Part shown: positions 53,317-62,928 of the stretch, in pieces
Layout: every line of letters starts with the position of its first letter
Numbering within the stretch: position 1 is the stretch's first letter
DNA from: Spirochaetia bacterium
GTDB lineage: Bacteria; Spirochaetota; Spirochaetia; CAKZLE01
Length of the DNA: 64,000 bases
Assembly (NCBI GenBank): GCA_963677595.1
Contig: OY782041.1
Location: 1,600,001-1,664,000 of the forward strand
Direction: 5' to 3'
The notes under the pieces: model-generated
Databases searched by the model: none
Seen by the model: the letters and a program-made list of their open reading frames with translations, nothing else
What the model was told of the DNA's origin: nothing
Made by a program: the position numbers and the translations under genes

Positions 53317-53565
53317 ATGGAGAAACGTCTGGGATTCGTCGGGATCATTATCGAGAACAGGGAAGAGAGTGCTGACAGGGTGAACCACCTCCTGTCAGAG
53401 TTCGGGGAGCAGATCATCTGCAGGACCGGTGTGCCGTACAAAGAGAAGCACGTATCGGTCATCACGCTCATCGTCGATACCACGACCGACGCTGTCGGTG
53501 CGCTGACCGGGAAGCTGGGCTCCATACCCGGGGTATCAGTCAAGTCGAACCTCTCGAAGAAGTAG
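53317..53565 (+). CDS. TM1266 family iron-only hydrogenase system regulator (ACT-like)
   Basis: R.G.VGIIIE, VN.LLS, R.GVPY, LTGKLG.IPGV.VK. Confidence 0.88.
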   Translation: MEKRLGFVGIIIENREESADRVNHLLSEFGEQIICRTGVPYKEKHVSVITLIVDTTTDAVGALTGKLGSIPGVSVKSNLSKK

Positions 53566-53574
53566 GGCTCACCC

Positions 53575-54828
53575 ATGAAGACAACACCAAAATCTCTAAG
53601 ACTGCAGTTGGGACTGTTCGGCAGGACCAATGTAGGGAAGTCGAGCGTGCTCAACATGATCGCGGGCCAGCAGGTCGCGATCACCTCCCCGATCCCCGGG
53701 ACCACGACGGACGTGGTCGAGAAGAGCATGGAGCTCCTCCCGATCGGTCCGGTCGTCTTCCTCGACACGGCGGGGATCGACGATGACTCGGATCTTGCCG
53801 CTGAAAGGATCCGGAAGACGGAGAAGATCTTCTCGCGTGCTGACATCGCTGTCCTCATCACGGAACCGGGTACCTGGGGCCCCTATGAGCGGCAGGTCCT
53901 CGAAGAGGCACAGTCTAGAAACACCCCGCTGATCGTGATGGTCAACAAGGTGGACCTGGTCCCTGAAGGGGACGGTGCCGAATGGATTGATCCCTCGATA
54001 GCAGGGGAGCACATCATCTGGTGCAGTGCCCTCGATACCCCCAGGCGGGATGAGTATATCAACGCGTTCAAGCAGGCAGTCATCTCCCTGGTCCCGGATG
54101 ATTTCATCGCACCCCCGCCTCTGGTCCATGACCTGATGCCCTCAGGCGGACATGCGATCTTCATCATCCCGATCGATATCGAGGCCCCGAAGGGACGGAT
54201 CATCCTTCCCCAGGTCCAGGCCATACGCGACATCCTGGACGGGGACTGCCATGTCACCGTCGTCAAGGAACACCAGTATCGCGCGGCGCTCGCAAACTGC
54301 GTGAAAGCGCCGGACCTGGTGGTCTGCGACTCCCAGGTGGTTGACCGGATGGTCCGGGAGACTCCTGAGAACATAGCCTGTACCACCTTCTCGACCCTGT
54401 TCTCACGGTCTAAGGGCGACCTGGAGGCGCAGGTTGAGGGAGTGCTGGCTCTGGAGGGCATGAGGCCGGAAGACCGGATCCTCATCGCTGAGTCCTGTTC
54501 GCACCATGCGATGGATGATGACATCGGGAGGGTGAAGCTCCCTAAGTGGCTGACCGGCTACCTCGGGTTCGAGCCGCAGGTCGATGTCTGCAGCGGAAGG
54601 GACTATCCCGACAACCTGTCAGATTATGCCCTGGTCATCCACTGCGGGGCATGCATGCTCACGCGGCGCGAGATGCTCATGCGTATCGAGAAGGCGCGGA
54701 AGGCCGGGGTGCCCGTAACCAACTACGGCCTCGCGATCTCCCATATCCACGGGACCCTCGAGCGGGTCATCTCCCCGTTCCCGGGCCTGCGGGAACTCTT
54801 TGTGAAACAGGTGAAGGAGGCTATATGA
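53575..54828 (+). CDS. hydF: [FeFe]-hydrogenase maturation GTPase
   Basis: GRTNVGKSS, DTAG, NKVD, ESCSHH, HCGACM. Confidence 0.96.
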   Translation: MKTTPKSLRLQLGLFGRTNVGKSSVLNMIAGQQVAITSPIPGTTTDVVEKSMELLPIGPVVFLDTAGIDDDSDLAAERIRKTEKIFSRADIAVLITEPGTWGPYERQVLEEAQSRNTPLIVMVNKVDLVPEGDGAEWIDPSIAGEHIIWCSALDTPRRDEYINAFKQAVISLVPDDFIAPPPLVHDLMPSGGHAIFIIPIDIEAPKGRIILPQVQAIRDILDGDCHVTVVKEHQYRAALANCVKAPDLVVCDSQVVDRMVRETPENIACTTFSTLFSRSKGDLEAQVEGVLALEGMRPEDRILIAESCSHHAMDDDIGRVKLPKWLTGYLGFEPQVDVCSGRDYPDNLSDYALVIHCGACMLTRREMLMRIEKARKAGVPVTNYGLAISHIHGTLERVISPFPGLRELFVKQVKEAI

Positions 54829-56315
54829 GTGTATCAGTGAAGGACTGGGTCACTACCCGGATCATCCCCGACGAGATCGACCGGTACAAGGACGAGTCCG
54901 GGCGTGACTTCATCGATGATGGGAAGATCGAGCGTGAGCTCGAGCAGATGCGGGACCCTGACCCTGCATACATCCGCGAGATCATCGCCAAGTCCCTGAG
55001 GATCGAGACCCTCTCACCCCTGGAGACGGCAGCCCTGCTCCATGTGAAGGACCCCGGTCTCATCAGCGAGATGGAGGATGCGGCGATCAGGATCAAGAAG
55101 TACGTCTATGACAACAGGATCGTCACCTTCGCACCGCTCTACCTGAGCAGCAAGTGCGTCAATGGCTGCAAGTACTGCAGCTTCCGGACGGAGAACGGCG
55201 AGATGGAGCGGCGGACCGTCCCGATGGGCGAGCTGAAGCGCGAGGTCCAGACCCTTGCCGGGGAGATCGGCCACAAGCGGCTGATCGTGGTCTACGGCGA
55301 GCACCCGGACTCCGATGTCGACTACATCGTCGACACGGTGAAGGAGATCTATGATGCACAGTTCACGACGAAGAAGGGGACTGGGCAGATCCGGCGTGTG
55401 AACATTAACGCAGCCCCGATGTCGGTGGGGGACCTGAAACGGCTCAAGGAGGTCGGGATCGGGACCTACCAGGTCTTCCAGGAGACCTACCACAAGAAGA
55501 CCTATGAGGAGGTGCATCCGCAGCATACGCTGAAGGGCAACTACGACTGGCGGCTCTACACCATGCACCGGGCCTTCGATGCCGGGATAGACGACGTGGG
55601 GATCGGGGCACTCTTCGGCCTCTATGACTGGCGCTTCGAGGTCATGGGACTCATCTACCATACCCACGAGCTGGAACGAAGGTTCGGGGTAGGTCCCCAT
55701 ACTATCTCCTTCCCGAGGCTGGAACCGGCGGCGAACGCGCCGCTGGCCACGGACTCGAAGTACCTGGTCTCCGATGATGACTTCAAGCATGCGGTCCTTA
55801 CCCTGCGGCTCGCGGTCCCCTATACCGGCCTGATCCTGACGGCACGGGAGGATGCCGCCTTGCGGAGGAGGATCCTCCCCCTCGGCATCACGCAGACCGA
55901 TGCCTCGACCAGGATCGGCCTGGGAGCCTACAGCAGGGAGACTGGGGAGCAGGAGATCGAGCGGCAGCAGTTCGTGATCGGGGATTCCCGCTCACTGGAC
56001 GAGGTGGTCCGGGAGATGGCGCAGATGGGGTTCATCACCTCCTTCTGTACGGCGGGTTACCGGTGCGGGAGGACGGGGCACAACATCATGGACATGCTCA
56101 AGTGCGGCACGGAGGGTGAGTTCTGCAAGCTCAACGCCATCATCACCTACCGTGAATGGCTCGATGATTTCGCGAGCGAGGAGACGAAGGCAGTCGCTGA
56201 AGAACTGATCCACAGGGAGATCGACGAGGTGAGGGAGCAGAACCCGAAGATGTTCGGCATGCTCATGGAGTACTACGGCAAGACGGAGCAGGGGGCACGG
56301 GACCTCTATTTCTAG
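54825..56315 (+). CDS. hydG: [FeFe]-hydrogenase radical SAM maturase HydG
   Basis: FAPLY, CVNGCKYC, FQETYH, SFCTAGYRCGR; GGAGG SD before ATG 54825. Confidence 0.94.
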   Translation: MSVSVKDWVTTRIIPDEIDRYKDESGRDFIDDGKIERELEQMRDPDPAYIREIIAKSLRIETLSPLETAALLHVKDPGLISEMEDAAIRIKKYVYDNRIVTFAPLYLSSKCVNGCKYCSFRTENGEMERRTVPMGELKREVQTLAGEIGHKRLIVVYGEHPDSDVDYIVDTVKEIYDAQFTTKKGTGQIRRVNINAAPMSVGDLKRLKEVGIGTYQVFQETYHKKTYEEVHPQHTLKGNYDWRLYTMHRAFDAGIDDVGIGALFGLYDWRFEVMGLIYHTHELERRFGVGPHTISFPRLEPAANAPLATDSKYLVSDDDFKHAVLTLRLAVPYTGLILTAREDAALRRRILPLGITQTDASTRIGLGAYSRETGEQEIERQQFVIGDSRSLDEVVREMAQMGFITSFCTAGYRCGRTGHNIMDMLKCGTEGEFCKLNAIITYREWLDDFASEETKAVAEELIHREIDEVREQNPKMFGMLMEYYGKTEQGARDLYF

Positions 56316-56327
56316 CAGGAAGATACT

Positions 56328-57386
56328 ATGGATAAGCAAGAGATCATGGAGATCCTCTCGATTGGGTACACCGACACCGACCGGCTCGTGCAGCTCAAGG
56401 AACGTGCGACCAGGGTCATGAAACAGCATGTCGGTGAGGATGTCTACTACCGGGGGATCATCGAGTTCAGTAATGTATGCGCCCTCGACTGCCGGTACTG
56501 CGGCATCCGGCGCGGCAACAAGAAGGTCATAGACCGGTATACGTTATCAGAGGAGGAGATCCTCGAGAGTGCGGTATGGTGTGCTGCACAGGGTTACGGG
56601 TCGGTGGTCCTCCAGTCAGGGGAACGCAGGGATGAAGGGTTCATCTCCTTCGTTGAGCGGGTCGTCAGGAGGATCAAGGAAGCGACCATCTCAGAGCGTC
56701 TCCCCCATGGTCTTGGGATCACCCTGAGTGTCGGGGAGCAGGAGGAGGGGACCTACCGGAGGTTCTACGCAGCAGGTGCCCATCGCTACCTGCTGAGGAT
56801 CGAGACGACTGACCGGGACCTCTTCTCCTCTCTGCATCCTATGGAACAGACCTTCGAGAACAGGGTCTCCTGCCTCCACTCACTGAAGGAAATAGGGTAC
56901 CAGGTAGGGTCTGGGGTCATGATCGGGATCCCCGGGCAGACTGTGGAGATGCTCGCCGATGACATCGGGTTCTTCCGTGAAATGGACGTGGACATGATCG
57001 GGATGGGACCCTATATCGTGCATCCCGACTCGCCCATGGCCCCGCTCGGGATGATGGGAAAGGAGCAGCTCATGCAGCTCTCACTGAACATGATTGCCGC
57101 GGTGCGTATCGCCTTGGAGGATGTGAACATCGCATCCACCACGGCGCTGCAGGCACTCTACCCTGACGGCAGGGAGCGGGGGTTGACCTACGGTGCGAAC
57201 GTCACCATGCCGAACCTCACCCCGAAGGAGGTGAGGGCCGGCTACCAGCTCTATGCGGGCAAGCCATGCATGGATGAGACGAAGAGTGAGTGCAGGGGGT
57301 GCCTGCTCCGAAGGGTGGAGTCGACTGGGAGGACGGTCGGGTTCGACGAATGGGGTGATTCACCCCATGCAGCGAAGAGAGCATGA
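56328..57386 (+). CDS. hydE: [FeFe]-hydrogenase radical SAM maturase HydE
   Basis: RGIIEFSN, CALDCRYC, LQSGE, RIET, MPNLTP, YQLY.GK. Confidence 0.94.
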   Translation: MDKQEIMEILSIGYTDTDRLVQLKERATRVMKQHVGEDVYYRGIIEFSNVCALDCRYCGIRRGNKKVIDRYTLSEEEILESAVWCAAQGYGSVVLQSGERRDEGFISFVERVVRRIKEATISERLPHGLGITLSVGEQEEGTYRRFYAAGAHRYLLRIETTDRDLFSSLHPMEQTFENRVSCLHSLKEIGYQVGSGVMIGIPGQTVEMLADDIGFFREMDVDMIGMGPYIVHPDSPMAPLGMMGKEQLMQLSLNMIAAVRIALEDVNIASTTALQALYPDGRERGLTYGANVTMPNLTPKEVRAGYQLYAGKPCMDETKSECRGCLLRRVESTGRTVGFDEWGDSPHAAKRA

Positions 57387-57399
57387 GGATGAGTAAGAA

Positions 57400-58467
57400 A
57401 TGAGTAAGAAGGTATTGGTTGGAATGAGCGGCGGAGTGGATTCATCCGTCGCGGCGGCGCTCCTGGTAGACCAGGGGTATGAGGTCACCGGGGTCATCAT
57501 GAAGATCTGGGATGATGAGCTTATGTTCGACCAGGCCGGTAAGCATGCCTGCTTCGGGCCGGATGAGAAAGAGGATGTCGAGAAAGCGCAGGAGGTCTGC
57601 GACCGGCTCGGGATCGAGCTGGTCCAGGTCGACCTCAAGGATGCCTACCGCGATACGGTCCTGGACTACTTCAGCTCGGAGTACAGCTGCGGCAGGACGC
57701 CCAACCCCTGCGTCAGGTGCAACAGCAGGATGAAGTTCGGGGCGATGGTCGACCGGGCAAGGGAACTCGGCATCACGTTCGACTACTTCGCGACCGGCCA
57801 CTATGTGAGGAAGTCAAGGGATGAATCATCCGGTGTCTGGCACCTGCGGAAAGCCGCCGACCACAAGAAGGACCAGAGCTACTTCCTCTACCGCCTTGAT
57901 CAGGGGCAGCTTGCTGCTGCTCTCTTCCCCCTCGGCGATATGACCAAGGACGAGGTCAGGCAGTATGCTGTGAAGAAAGGCTTAGGGTTCGAAGGTATCC
58001 CGGAGAGCCAGGACTTCATCGGCGGTGACTATACAGAACTTCTCAAACCGGGGAAGCCCGGCTTGATCGTCGATACCGACGGGAGGGAACTCGGTACCCA
58101 CCAGGGGATCGGGCAGTATACCATCGGGCAGCGGCGGGGCCTGGGGATAGCATCGAGAAAGCCCCTCTATGTGGTCCGGATCGATGCGGAGAGGAACCTG
58201 GTCTATGTGGGGACTGATGATGAGCTCTATACGGGAGAGCTCACTGCTGATGAGCTCGTATGGGGCCCGGTACGGCCGGAAACCTTCCCGGTTCCCTGCC
58301 GTATCAAGGTCCGCTCACAGCAGGAACCCTTTCCCGCAGAGATCATCGGGATGGGAGATGATTCTATCAAGCTGCGGTTCGCGAACCCCCAGCGGGCGAT
58401 CACCCCGGGACAGTCGGTAGTCATCTACCGGGAAGACCTGGTGCTCGGGGGCGGGGTGATCCAGTAG
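57400..58467 (+). CDS. mnmA: tRNA 2-thiouridine(34) synthase
   Basis: GMSGGVDS PP-loop, TPNPCVRCN, ATGHY, KDQSYFL, TPGQ. Confidence 0.92.
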   Translation: MSKKVLVGMSGGVDSSVAAALLVDQGYEVTGVIMKIWDDELMFDQAGKHACFGPDEKEDVEKAQEVCDRLGIELVQVDLKDAYRDTVLDYFSSEYSCGRTPNPCVRCNSRMKFGAMVDRARELGITFDYFATGHYVRKSRDESSGVWHLRKAADHKKDQSYFLYRLDQGQLAAALFPLGDMTKDEVRQYAVKKGLGFEGIPESQDFIGGDYTELLKPGKPGLIVDTDGRELGTHQGIGQYTIGQRRGLGIASRKPLYVVRIDAERNLVYVGTDDELYTGELTADELVWGPVRPETFPVPCRIKVRSQQEPFPAEIIGMGDDSIKLRFANPQRAITPGQSVVIYREDLVLGGGVIQ

Positions 58468-59892
58468 CTATCGTGACCGATAGAGCGGCTTGCCTTCCCC
58501 GACGACCAGCTCCCGGATCTCGCCATCCTCGATGAGGGGAGTGACATACCGGTTCATGGCATAGTAGGGAGTCAGCCCGAGGAACCCGGCGATCTCATCA
58601 CGGGTCCTCGGTTCTGAACAGTAGGATATGATCGCCTTCCTGGATCGTGCATGTTTCTTGTCGAACGGCGGGGCCTCATTCCTCAGGATCACCGTGAATG
58701 TCCCCCGTTCGTTGATGAATTCCGGTGGGGGCAGATGTGCTTCATCCATCTCATGGATGATGGTTGCTATCCCGGAATTGCGGTTCTCGACGATGTCCAT
58801 CGTCTCAAGGAGCAGGGCAAGGGCAGGGTTGCGGGATACACTCATTGCCCTCCCCAAGGCTTCGACGGTCAGGCTCCCGTACAATCCCCCGGGGCTGCTG
58901 ATCTCGATCCGGTCGTTATAGAGTACGACCCTGACCGGTGCCCCCTCCGTGTGGATGCTGTAATCTCGGTGCATCAGGGCATTCAGGATGATCTCCCGTA
59001 ACGCTATGACCGGGTACTCGTACCGGTCCTTCCGTCTTCCGTGGTCATCTATGACCGTCCGGGTCTTCATATTCCTCTGCAGGAAGGCCAGGGTCCCTTC
59101 GGTCATCTGGGGGATGGTCCCCTCGATCCTCTGGTTTGCCAGGAACCGTTCGGCTCCCTCACCGGTTTCCCCCATCACGGTCCCGGGTACCACGACTGCC
59201 GTGACCATGAGCTGCGGGAAGCAGGCTTGGGGGTAGTCGGAGAAGCAGAGGACCCCTGCAAGGCTGGGAGTCCCTTCCGGGCTGAGTATGCCCAGCAGGC
59301 TCATGATACGGCTATCCTCGAACCCTGAGAGATTCGGTTTCCCCCGCCGCACAGCCTTCAGGAAGTTCTCGAGTCCTGCGTTATCGAAGTAGGCGGCTTC
59401 CGGCCTGTCGATCGGCCGGATATCATCTTGGATGCGGCGTCGGTATGCTTCGAGACTGTACAGCTCATAATCGGTCATGACTTCATCAGCGTCACCCACC
59501 CGGATATAGGATCCCCTGAATTTCCCCCTGCCCCGGTAATAGACCGGCCGCAGTACAGGGTCAGCACCGGGGATCTCTGCGGAGACGACGGTCCCCCCGT
59601 CCCCCGAAAGGACTGTGAAGACTGCCCTGACTGGCGGTTCCATCTGCCTGCACTGTTGGGTGACCCTCTGTATCAGGTCCTGCGGATCATATACACCGAC
59701 TACCGAGCAGGAGGTCCGCTCATCCACACCGAAGAGGATGATACCGCCGGTATCTTGGTTGGAGAAGGAGGAGAGTGTGTTGTAGAGCCTTTTCGGGCAG
59801 CCAGTGTGAGCTGCCTTGAGTTCGAGCCGCTGGTGCTCACACTGGTTTTGTTCCAGCCTGTCTAACAGGTCCTGTAATTCTTCGGTCTGCAT
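58468..59892 (-). CDS. AlbA_2 (Schlafen-like) + HATPase_c_4 + HTH protein (RecG-like ATP-binding family)
   Basis: LELK, SFSN..GG.ILFGV, REIILNALMHRDY, SPGG, RNP. Confidence 0.85.
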   Translation of the reverse strand: MQTEELQDLLDRLEQNQCEHQRLELKAAHTGCPKRLYNTLSSFSNQDTGGIILFGVDERTSCSVVGVYDPQDLIQRVTQQCRQMEPPVRAVFTVLSGDGGTVVSAEIPGADPVLRPVYYRGRGKFRGSYIRVGDADEVMTDYELYSLEAYRRRIQDDIRPIDRPEAAYFDNAGLENFLKAVRRGKPNLSGFEDSRIMSLLGILSPEGTPSLAGVLCFSDYPQACFPQLMVTAVVVPGTVMGETGEGAERFLANQRIEGTIPQMTEGTLAFLQRNMKTRTVIDDHGRRKDRYEYPVIALREIILNALMHRDYSIHTEGAPVRVVLYNDRIEISSPGGLYGSLTVEALGRAMSVSRNPALALLLETMDIVENRNSGIATIIHEMDEAHLPPPEFINERGTFTVILRNEAPPFDKKHARSRKAIISYCSEPRTRDEIAGFLGLTPYYAMNRYVTPLIEDGEIRELVVGEGKPLYRSR

Positions 59893-59893
59893 A

Positions 59894-59927
59894 GAAACAG
59901 TATACCATAGGAGCGGTATACTGTTTC
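59894..59927. promoter_or_regulatory. 13-bp perfect inverted repeat over extended -10 promoter
   Basis: GAAACAGTATACC-N8-GGTATACTGTTTC; TGgTATACT lies 6 nt before ATG. Confidence 0.7.
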
Positions 59928-59999
59928 AAATTTTTATGGATATGTTAAAATATAATGACAGATTTTAAAATATATTAGTATATTTCAAAATTTCATCCA

Positions 60000-61211
60000 T
60001 CACCAGTCCAGCAGTCTCCGTTCCCCCTCCAGCTGCTGGATCTCCGTGATATCCTGGGATACCTCCAGTACCCCCTCATACTCCCCTGCGTCGTTACAGA
60101 GGGCGTAGTAGGTGATCATGACCTTCTTCCCGCCGAAGTTGAGCCAGAAGGAGGCCTTGGACTTCTCCTTGTCCTTGAAGGCCTGGACGATCTGCTGGAC
60201 CACATGGACGCTCTTCGGCGGGTGGCACTTCTCCACATCCCTGCCGATGATCGCGGGGGTACGGGGGAAGAGCCGGTCATCGGTCGCGGAGTAGTACCGT
60301 ACCTTGTCATCAGCATCCACGTAGGTGAGGTCGAACGGGAGGTTCTTGAGCATCAGGTTGATCTGTGCCGGGGTCAGGCCTCCCTCATCCAGCGGTATGG
60401 TGTCGGAGGAGACAGTACCTGCCGCCGGAGCAGCCACAGCCTTATTCCCGGTGATCTCGGAGAGGGCTGGTTCCCACAGGCTGCCCCTGCTGATCCAGGA
60501 GAACCCGATCTCGGGTTCCTCGGCATAGATGACCGACCAGACAGCCTGGTCGAGTTTTTTCAGGGAGGTGGGGTAGAGGATCTTCTCCTCCATGAAGATC
60601 ATGTTCTTCATGGTCTTCAGTACTGCCGACCCTGCCTTCTTCACCTGTTTGCCGGGCGCTGACTGTGCGACCAGGGCTTTCAGTTCCTTGAGCCCGTCAC
60701 GTATCTCGTCGTGCTTCCCCCACATGACCGAGGTCGGCCCGTTGAAGCCGACTGCCTCGAGCTTGGGGAAGAGCTGGTTCTCCTTGCGCTGGTAGTGCCG
60801 CTCCACCTCCGCGATATCATCGATGAGGGCGGTCAGCAGTCCGGGTGAGTAGGTATCCTTCTTAGCCGCCTTGATCTGCTCCTCGAGGACCTTCAGCTTC
60901 TTCTCGAGCTCGCGGTTCTCTTCGCGATAGGTATGGATCGGGTGGCCTGGCATGAAGTGTTCCTCTTTCTGCTTCTTCAGCTCATCCTCGAAGACCTCGA
61001 CATGGACCTCGCACAGCTGCTGGATGTTGGAGGCCTCGAACCCCTCGTTGATCAGGGCCTGTTCCATCGCCGCGATCTCGTCGGCTTGGAGCCCGTCCAG
61101 GACCTGCGCGAACTCATCTTTGAGTTCCTTGACTCCCTTCCCTTCATGCAGCTGGAGGATGATCCTCTTCAGCTGTTCTGATTTATCTGCATTACCGAAA
61201 AACTCACTCAT
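60000..61211 (-). CDS. DUF438 + hemerythrin-like + PAS_10 protein
   Basis: LCEVH, GHPIHTY..EN, HYQRKENQLFP, MWGKHD, CHPPKS. Confidence 0.9.
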   Translation of the reverse strand: MSEFFGNADKSEQLKRIILQLHEGKGVKELKDEFAQVLDGLQADEIAAMEQALINEGFEASNIQQLCEVHVEVFEDELKKQKEEHFMPGHPIHTYREENRELEKKLKVLEEQIKAAKKDTYSPGLLTALIDDIAEVERHYQRKENQLFPKLEAVGFNGPTSVMWGKHDEIRDGLKELKALVAQSAPGKQVKKAGSAVLKTMKNMIFMEEKILYPTSLKKLDQAVWSVIYAEEPEIGFSWISRGSLWEPALSEITGNKAVAAPAAGTVSSDTIPLDEGGLTPAQINLMLKNLPFDLTYVDADDKVRYYSATDDRLFPRTPAIIGRDVEKCHPPKSVHVVQQIVQAFKDKEKSKASFWLNFGGKKVMITYYALCNDAGEYEGVLEVSQDITEIQQLEGERRLLDW

Positions 61212-61296
61212 GGTATTCCCCCTGTATTCAGTATGGACTCTTCTTGAAATATCTCAATAGCTTAGCCTTAAGATAATCGGATCCATTTCGTTCGGC

Positions 61297-61312
61297 GGTA
61301 ACCAAGGTTACA
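61297..61312. promoter_or_regulatory. Crp/Fnr-type box upstream of DUF438 gene
   Basis: Minus strand TGTAA-CCTTGG-TTACC; -10 TATCTT (61270-61275) gives centre -41.5. Confidence 0.65.
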
Positions 61313-61377
61313 GGGGTACAAATAATTTCATCCTGGAAAGATTTGCCCTCTGCCCCATGTTGGAGTATCTTATCAGT

Positions 61378-61926
61378 ATGGAAATACTGAGAGAAATTAC
61401 AGAACGGAGGGCCTACAGGGCCTTCTCAGGAGATAGTGTTGGAACTGATGTCATCGACAGGATCGTCGGGGCGGCGCACCTTGCGGCAAGCTGCCTCAAC
61501 AACCAGCCGTGGCATTTCGTCATCTATGAGACAGCTGAGGAGATCGAACGGATCAGCACCGCCCTGACGCGGGGCAACCAGTGGGCATCTAAGAGCGCCT
61601 TCCTTGCCGCGGTCGTCACGGACCCGGAGGCTGACTGCCGGCTGAGCCATAACAGGGACTACGCCCTCTTCGATACCGGTATGGCAGTGGAGAACATGAT
61701 GCTGCAGGCGGTGCATGAGGGGCTCTATGCCCACCCGATGGCTGGCTTCGACCCCGACGCCGTCAGGGAGATCTCGCAGGTCCCGGAGAACTTCACCATC
61801 GTCGCGATGGTGGCCTTCGGTGTACCGGGGGACCCGGCGGACCTCGATGAGCGGCTCCAGAAGAAGGAAGGGGCCCCGAGGGTACGCAAGCCGGTCGAAG
61901 AGGTCATCCACAGGAAGGGATGGTGA
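61378..61926 (+). CDS. Nitroreductase family protein
   Basis: RRAYRAF, AASCLNNQPWHF, DTGMA, RVRKP. Confidence 0.9.
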   Translation: MEILREITERRAYRAFSGDSVGTDVIDRIVGAAHLAASCLNNQPWHFVIYETAEEIERISTALTRGNQWASKSAFLAAVVTDPEADCRLSHNRDYALFDTGMAVENMMLQAVHEGLYAHPMAGFDPDAVREISQVPENFTIVAMVAFGVPGDPADLDERLQKKEGAPRVRKPVEEVIHRKGW

Positions 61927-61929
61927 CCG

Positions 61930-62856
61930 ATGCCCTATGATATCTCGGACAAACTGGTGATCGGCATCGCCTCGAGCGCGCTGTTCGACCTCGGTGAGTC
62001 CGACCGGGTCTTCAGGAACGAGGGGGAGCAGGCCTACCGGGCGTTCCAGCGGGAGCATGAGTCCGAGACCCTGCCGAAAGGGGCGGCGATGCCCTTCATC
62101 AGGCGGCTGCTGAACCTCAATTCCCGGATACCGGGAGTAGAGCCCATAGAGGTGATCCTCTTCTCGCGCAACGATCCCGATACCGGGCAGCGAGTCTTTA
62201 ACTCGATCCGGGATTACAAACTCGATATCACGCGTGGGGTCTTCACGAGCGGTGAGTCCCCCTACCGCTACCTCGACTCGTTTGGCACCTCTCTCTTCCT
62301 CTCCGCCAATAACGAGGATGTGGTCAAGGCCATCGATACCGGCCATGCAGCGGGGACCGTGCTCCGGTCGGTCGTCACCGACGATGATGACTCCTACGAA
62401 CTCAGGGTGGCCTTCGATTTCGATGGGGTGATCGCCGATGATAGTGCCGAGAATGTCTACCAGAAGAAGAACCTCAATGCATTCCAGGAGTCTGAGATAA
62501 GCAATGCCGCGGTCCCGCACCCACCCGGGCCCCTTCGCGAGTTCTTCGTCAAGCTCGCGAGGCTGCAGCAGGTCGAGCAGGAGTACCGCCTGGTCGACCC
62601 CTCCTACCGGAAGAGTATCAGCACGGCCATCATCACCGCGAGGGGAGCACCTGCGAACGAGCGTGTCGTTACCACCCTGCGTTCATGGAACGTCATGGCT
62701 GACAAGACCTTCTTCCTCGGCGGGGTCGAGAAGGGGAGGATCCTCGACATCTTCAGGCCTCACATCTTCTTCGATGACCAGCTCACGCACCTCGAACCCT
62801 CCTCAGGGTTCATTCCTTCGGTGCATATCCCGTTCGGCCGGATCAACAAACACTAA
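61930..62856 (+). CDS. 5'-nucleotidase (cN-I-like, HAD)
   Basis: LVIGIASSALFDL, RVAFDFDGV, TAR, PHIFFDDQ. Confidence 0.9.
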   Translation: MPYDISDKLVIGIASSALFDLGESDRVFRNEGEQAYRAFQREHESETLPKGAAMPFIRRLLNLNSRIPGVEPIEVILFSRNDPDTGQRVFNSIRDYKLDITRGVFTSGESPYRYLDSFGTSLFLSANNEDVVKAIDTGHAAGTVLRSVVTDDDDSYELRVAFDFDGVIADDSAENVYQKKNLNAFQESEISNAAVPHPPGPLREFFVKLARLQQVEQEYRLVDPSYRKSISTAIITARGAPANERVVTTLRSWNVMADKTFFLGGVEKGRILDIFRPHIFFDDQLTHLEPSSGFIPSVHIPFGRINKH

Positions 62857-62928
62857 GAAAGTAGTATGACTGTAGTTGAGAAGTCATAGATGCTATCCTA
62901 TTCTTGACGGAGAATGGGAACCGGTGAT

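Noticed and set aside
54546-54824. N-terminal extension of HydG
   Set aside because: Overlaps hydF in another frame; GGAGG plus ATG at 54825
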